The position numbers and the translations under genes were made by a program. The notes beneath the pieces are model-generated. The model saw nothing but the letters and a program-made list of their open reading frames with translations. It did no database searches and was not told where the DNA came from. From NCBI GenBank assembly GCA_965208125.1, contig OZ242320.1, forward strand, positions 2,912,001-2,976,000: a stretch of 64,000 bases of DNA, in the 5' to 3' direction. Numbering within the stretch: position 1 is the first letter of the stretch; the number at the start of each line of letters is the position of its first letter. Source of the DNA: Candidatus Latescibacterota bacterium (GTDB lineage Bacteria > Latescibacterota > UBA2968). This document shows, in pieces, positions 59,698 through 64,000 of this stretch.

Positions 59698-60819
59698 ATG
59701 AAGATCGTCGATATAGATACTATTATGATTAATTCTCCCGGCCGCAAGTGGACGATTGTTCGGGTCCATACCGATGAGGAGCTTATGGGTTTGGGTGAGG
59801 CCACGTATTCGAATAAGGAACCCGTGGTCTGTGCGGCGGTTGAGCATATGAAGCAAGAACTCATCGGGTGCGATCCCGCACGGATTGAGTATCTGTGGTA
59901 CTATTTGTTTCGGCAATCTTCTCTCAGTGGTATCTGGCGCATGAGCGGGCCAGTGTGGATGAGCGCGCTGTCGGGTATTGATCAGGCTTTGTGGGATATA
60001 AAGGGCAAGGTGGCGGGTATGCCGGTTGTGGAGTTATTGGGCGGTGTGTTCCGCGATCGGGTCGAGGTGTACACGCATTTTGGCGGGAGTACGCCAGAGG
60101 TGGCCGCGGCGCACGCGCAGCGGCTGGTGGCACGCGGTTTTCGAGCACTTAAAGGCGGTATGGGTAGCGATAGTGATGATCAATTTGATCCGTATGTCGA
60201 GACGGGCGATCCCAAAAAAACAGCCGCCCGTTTTGAGGCGGTGCGCCAGGCAGTGGGTCCCGATGTCAAGCTGTTTATCGATTGTCACGGGCGTTTGACT
60301 GTGTCCGGTTGTATTCGTCTGGCACGAGTATTGGAGCCTTTTGATCTGTACGCGTTTGAAGATCCGGTGCCGCCAGACGATTTGAGCGCTTATCCCAAGG
60401 TGCGACACGCTATTAATATTCCGGTGATGGGGTCGGAGCGGCTCAATACGAGGAGCCAGTTCCGCCAGTTGTTGGATCTGGATGGCATCGATATTGCCCA
60501 GCCGGATTTGATGTATGCTGGGGGGATTACGGAGGTGCGGAAGATCGCCGCGATTGCCGATACGTACCACGTTCCCATTTCGCCGCACAATACCAAGGGT
60601 CCGGTGGGCATTGCCGCGGCAACGCATCTGATGGCGTCTATACCCAATGCCGCGCCTATGGAACTGGTCACGGGTATTGATTGGCGCGATGAGATTATCA
60701 CTGAGCCGCTGAGAATTGAAGCCGGGTATATATTGCTGCCACAGGGACCGGGCTGGGGCGTAGAACTCGATATGGACGGTGTTGAGAAGCACCGCTGGCG
60801 TCCGGGGGATCCACGGTAA
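59698..60819 (+). CDS. Enolase-superfamily acid-sugar dehydratase (galactonate dehydratase-like)
   Basis: GLGEAT, ALSGIDQALWDIKGK, DCHGR, EDP, ERL, QPDL..GGITE, PHN..GP. Confidence 0.9.
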   Translation: MKIVDIDTIMINSPGRKWTIVRVHTDEELMGLGEATYSNKEPVVCAAVEHMKQELIGCDPARIEYLWYYLFRQSSLSGIWRMSGPVWMSALSGIDQALWDIKGKVAGMPVVELLGGVFRDRVEVYTHFGGSTPEVAAAHAQRLVARGFRALKGGMGSDSDDQFDPYVETGDPKKTAARFEAVRQAVGPDVKLFIDCHGRLTVSGCIRLARVLEPFDLYAFEDPVPPDDLSAYPKVRHAINIPVMGSERLNTRSQFRQLLDLDGIDIAQPDLMYAGGITEVRKIAAIADTYHVPISPHNTKGPVGIAAATHLMASIPNAAPMELVTGIDWRDEIITEPLRIEAGYILLPQGPGWGVELDMDGVEKHRWRPGDPR

Positions 60820-60847
60820 AGATTCCCATTACATAAGGAGATTTTCC

Positions 60848-61759
60848 ATGCGTCACTTTACGCGCACGCCTTACTACAGCGGTCCGGATGATCCGGCTAT
60901 TGGCGAGGTGCGGGGTACTATCGCTCTGGGCGAGACCGTGGTTATTGAGACGATTGGTGGAGCTGACAATGATTTTGAGGCTGCCGGTGAGACCCGCGCT
61001 GGGATGATTACTTCTGGGGAAAGCCACCGCCGCTATGCCCGCCGTGGCGGTCCTTTTCGCATTGAAGGAATTGCGCCCGATGACTGGGTCGCTATTGAGA
61101 TTATCGATATTGAGGTGGGTCCCTACGGTTTTTATCGCAATGGGGGGCCGAACTGGGGCAACTGGCGCTGCGTGGCACCCGTGCGCGATGGGTTGATCCA
61201 CTTTCCGCCGGATTTCGTGGTGCCGGTTCGGCCTATGGTTGGCGTGGTTCAACTGGAACCGTGGGCTGCCCATTCAATTGACCACGGCGGCAATATGGAT
61301 TTTAACGCGGTGCAGCCGGGTAGCACTATACATATCCGTGCTCAAAAGCCTGGGGGATTGCTCTCTTTGGGCGATGTGCATGCGCGGATGGGCGATGGCG
61401 AGTTGACCGGTGCGGGTGTCGAGATTGATGCGGCGGTTACCATAAAGGTGGATCGCTCTCCCGGGTTTCCCAATAGCAGTCCGGTGGTGGAGACGACTAC
61501 GGTGGTAGAGGCTGCTGAGGAGTATCTGTCCAGTGCCCGGGCGACTGAGTGGGGCGAGGCTCTCAGGCTGGCATGGCTGGAGATGGTGGCGTTGATTATC
61601 GATCGCTACGATACCACGTATGAATACGCCAATATGATTGTGGGCACGATTGGCGATGCGCGGCCCGGCTTTGCCACGGGCTATATGGGTAGCTATGTCA
61701 CATGCCAGATTGCTGTGACCAAAGAGTTGCGGCGCACCGGGGTGCGGTATGAGGCGTAG
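60848..61759 (+). CDS. Acetamidase/formamidase-family protein
   Basis: GPFRIEG, PMVGVV, HGGNMD, GDVHARMGDGE.TG.GVE; AAGGAG RBS. Confidence 0.88.
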   Translation: MRHFTRTPYYSGPDDPAIGEVRGTIALGETVVIETIGGADNDFEAAGETRAGMITSGESHRRYARRGGPFRIEGIAPDDWVAIEIIDIEVGPYGFYRNGGPNWGNWRCVAPVRDGLIHFPPDFVVPVRPMVGVVQLEPWAAHSIDHGGNMDFNAVQPGSTIHIRAQKPGGLLSLGDVHARMGDGELTGAGVEIDAAVTIKVDRSPGFPNSSPVVETTTVVEAAEEYLSSARATEWGEALRLAWLEMVALIIDRYDTTYEYANMIVGTIGDARPGFATGYMGSYVTCQIAVTKELRRTGVRYEA

Positions 61760-61798
61760 AGGTTGATACTACACACAACATTCACGAAAGGATTTGCT

Positions 61799-62572
61799 AT
61801 GTTTTTGTACGGGATTCGCAATGCGAGTCTGAATATGGATTGGGGGAAAGACGCTTTTGCCACAGCAGGGGATATTGGGTTTGATGGGGTGGAGATTGTG
61901 CTGCGAGAGGAGGACCGGTTGGATTGGCTTTTGAGTGCTGCGGGTCGGGAGGAGGTTGGGAGGTGGGTTCAGGAGACGGGTGCGCAAGCGTGTTCTATTA
62001 GTTTTGCCCTGTTTCGAGAATACAAGGGAAATGAGGAAGATGAGGCTGTGCGCGACCGCGTGGTGGATCTTGTGCAAAAGGCGATTCGCGCATGTAAGGG
62101 GATGGGGGGTGTCGGTATTTTGCTTCCGTATTTCGATGCGGAGAATCTCGATATGTCGAGCGCGCATGCAGAATTGTTGATTGAGGATATGAAGCGATGC
62201 GCCCCTATCGCTGAAGACGAGGGTATTAAGGTTGCTCTGGAGACGAGCTTTTCTCCGGAATTGTTGAGGACGATTTGCGATGGCGTGGGGTCTGAGATGG
62301 TGGGGGTGTATCAAGATACGGCTAATGCGCTGCAATACGGGTACGATTCGGTCGATATGCTCGTTACGTTACCTGAACACACACAATTGATTCATATTAA
62401 AGATACACGGCGTTCAGATCTGGGCGAGGGCGATGTGGATTTTCCCGCGTGTCGAGATGCGATTGCACAGATCGGTTATGAGGGTTGGCTGATTTTTGAA
62501 ACGCCAGGGGGTGCTGATCCCGTGGCATCGGGTAAGAAAAATTTGGCGTTTGCAAAAGAGATGTTTGGGTAG
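61799..62572 (+). CDS. Sugar phosphate isomerase/epimerase (TIM barrel)
   Basis: GFDGVE, VALET, YQDTAN, IHIKD, LGEGDVDF, IFET. Confidence 0.88.
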   Translation: MFLYGIRNASLNMDWGKDAFATAGDIGFDGVEIVLREEDRLDWLLSAAGREEVGRWVQETGAQACSISFALFREYKGNEEDEAVRDRVVDLVQKAIRACKGMGGVGILLPYFDAENLDMSSAHAELLIEDMKRCAPIAEDEGIKVALETSFSPELLRTICDGVGSEMVGVYQDTANALQYGYDSVDMLVTLPEHTQLIHIKDTRRSDLGEGDVDFPACRDAIAQIGYEGWLIFETPGGADPVASGKKNLAFAKEMFG

Positions 62573-62574
62573 GC

Positions 62575-62661
62575 TGGCAGAGGGTGAGGGAATCGAACCC
62601 TATGCGGTTGCCCGCACCACCGACCAATGTCAGGCGGCCCACCTTGAACCGTTCACCCCCT
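62575..62661 (-). tRNA. Non-canonical tRNA-like RNA (allo-tRNA-like 8/4 or 9/3 fold, long variable arm, no regular anticodon loop)
   Basis: Minus strand AGGGGGTG AA CGGTTC AAGGT GGGCCG C CTGAC ATTG GTCGG TG GTGCGG GCAA CCGCAT AGGG TTCGATT CCCT CACCCTCT G CCA; all five stems pair, TTCGA T-loop and CCA are encoded. Confidence 0.8.
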
Positions 62662-62697
62662 ACCTATTTTGACAAAACTGCACGTTCAAGGGTTTCT

Positions 62698-63669
62698 TCA
62701 AAGATGAGGACGCAGTTCACCCAGGGATTGTTCCCCAGGTTGGATATATTCTACTGCTGGGCTTTCGACGCGTCCATAGGCATTCCACACTTTGAATCCG
62801 AGTAAAGATAGGAGATCAGACGATGCCTCGGCGAGGACTTCGGGTGCCGTGCCCACGGTAAAATTTTCCTGTGGACGGAATTGAGGTCCGCAGAATGTGG
62901 TGAGTATGGCCCAGCGCAGTTGATCGCTTATATTGGCTCCCGTGCCGTGCCAGATGCGTCCGTCGAGGAATCCAACTGTGCCGGCTGGACCTTCGAGGGC
63001 GACTGTTTCAGTGGCGTTGTCGTCGGGATTGTCTGGGCGTCGTCCCCACAGGTGGCTGCCGGGAACGATGCGGGTGCCGCCGTTTTCTGCTGTGAAGTCG
63101 CCGATCATCCATACTACGTTGATGACGACGCGGGGCCAGATGGATGCGGTATCGGGTTCGTCTGTTTGCTCGCGGCTGATAGAGCCTGCGGGTAAATGCG
63201 TTCGGTCTGCGCGCGTTGGCATGGGCATCCACCACTGATCTGTGTGCAGGCGCATGGGAACGCCACCGGGTTTGGCGATGTTGGCCGAATGGCTCGATAG
63301 CAAATAATCATTGCCCAGTGCGTGATCTATGATGTTGCGAACCCCTGAGTGTAATAGCATGTCTTGAAATACCCAACCTTTGTTGATTAGCATCCACACG
63401 CGCTGGTTGACGCCTCCTGCCGATTGTGTAAACGCCCCTGCGCGTACCTGCCCTGTTTTATTTTTAAAATCCCCCCAGTTTTGTTTTGCACCTCCGTCTT
63501 CAAATGCAAGTCCGTGTTGTTTTTCGGCAAGGGCCTGTTCTTTTAGACGGGTTTTTATTTTTGAGAGGTCTTTTGCATTGAGCGCGTTGGCGAGCAGGCC
63601 ATAACCACAGGTGTCGAGTTGTGTTTTGACCTGTGCGAGGTCTTCGGTTGGTTGTGGAAGTTCAGACAT
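62698..63669 (-). CDS. PhyH-family dioxygenase
   Basis: NQRVWMLINKG, LHTDQ (HxD), NGGTRIVPGSH, IWHGTGAN; GAGG RBS. Confidence 0.9.
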   Translation of the reverse strand: MSELPQPTEDLAQVKTQLDTCGYGLLANALNAKDLSKIKTRLKEQALAEKQHGLAFEDGGAKQNWGDFKNKTGQVRAGAFTQSAGGVNQRVWMLINKGWVFQDMLLHSGVRNIIDHALGNDYLLSSHSANIAKPGGVPMRLHTDQWWMPMPTRADRTHLPAGSISREQTDEPDTASIWPRVVINVVWMIGDFTAENGGTRIVPGSHLWGRRPDNPDDNATETVALEGPAGTVGFLDGRIWHGTGANISDQLRWAILTTFCGPQFRPQENFTVGTAPEVLAEASSDLLSLLGFKVWNAYGRVESPAVEYIQPGEQSLGELRPHL

Positions 63670-63698
63670 GCGTATTCCTCAGATTTGGATAGTAGATA

Positions 63699-64000
63699 TT
63701 ATCGGGGCAAAATGCCATACTGGCGCAGGGTGCTTTCCAATGTTGGCCTACTAAGGCGAATGCGGTCGTCGTTTAGCAAATAGGAGAAGACGTACCCGAG
63801 GCCGAGCATAAAGATCCCGATCAAGAAGCAATAGATGACTGCGCGGTCGGGGTATTCGTCTTTCAGGTATCCTACGTAGAGCGGTCCAAAGATTCCCGCT
63901 GCGGCCCAGGCGGTTAGAATTGCCCCGTAGATTGTGGACATTTTTTTGCTGCCAAAGACATCGAGAACAAAAGATGGCATTGTGGCAAAGCCGCCGCCAA
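63699..64000 (-). CDS. MFS transporter, OFA (oxalate:formate antiporter)-like, 3' part only
   Basis: Frame is open to the window edge: GGGFATMPSFVLDVFG...IYGAILTAWAAAGIFGP. Confidence 0.85.
   Translation of the reverse strand, partial: GGGFATMPSFVLDVFGSKKMSTIYGAILTAWAAAGIFGPLYVGYLKDEYPDRAVIYCFLIGIFMLGLGYVFSYLLNDDRIRLSRPTLESTLRQYGILPR

Noticed and set aside
62575-62610. tRNA 3' fragment as an att site of an integrated element
   Set aside because: The 5' half pairs fully with the 3' half, and I saw no integrase or second copy in the window.
62575-62661. Calling the tRNA-like gene selC (tRNA-Sec)
   Set aside because: It has a Sec-like long D stem, long variable arm and 8-bp acceptor stem, but no TCA anticodon and a 4-bp rather than 5-bp T stem; I noticed no selA, selB or TGA-interrupted gene in the window.
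1-64000. Prophage, IS element, CRISPR-Cas or known defence system
   Set aside because: No integrase, transposase, phage structural, cas or restriction-modification motifs were recognised in the ORFs.

Overview
Gene-dense bacterial chromosomal window with about 45 CDS, no rRNA, no CRISPR array and no transposase or integrase. The content (GWxTD/TPR proteins, CRTAC1/FG-GAP proteins, DUF6785-type transporters, a TonB receptor with a PorV-like barrel, several PhyH dioxygenases, a sulfatase) suggests an FCB-affiliated lineage such as Ca. Latescibacterota; this is inference only. Blocks: (1) 1-13.4 kb, TPR, CRTAC1, transporter, ABC exporter and octaheme cytochrome cluster, with a consensus sigma54 promoter in the first intergenic region; (2) 13.5-21.2 kb, four-gene outer-membrane operon (small barrel, TonB-dependent receptor, protein with a T9SS-CTD-like tail, PorV/PorQ-like barrel); (3) 21.6-42.2 kb, minus-strand GWxTD paralogs and catabolic genes, including PhyH enzymes with altered iron-binding triads; (4) 42.5-62.6 kb, plus-strand run with a class A PBP, a stand-alone MurG and a long catabolic operon. 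The most unusual element is an 87-nt tRNA-like gene at 62575-62661 (-) with a 12-bp acceptor/T branch in 8/4 or 9/3 form, a long variable arm, a G73-CCA end and no normal anticodon loop. All family assignments come from motif recognition by eye, not from database searches; several start codons were moved relative to the ORF track using RBS and overlap evidence.
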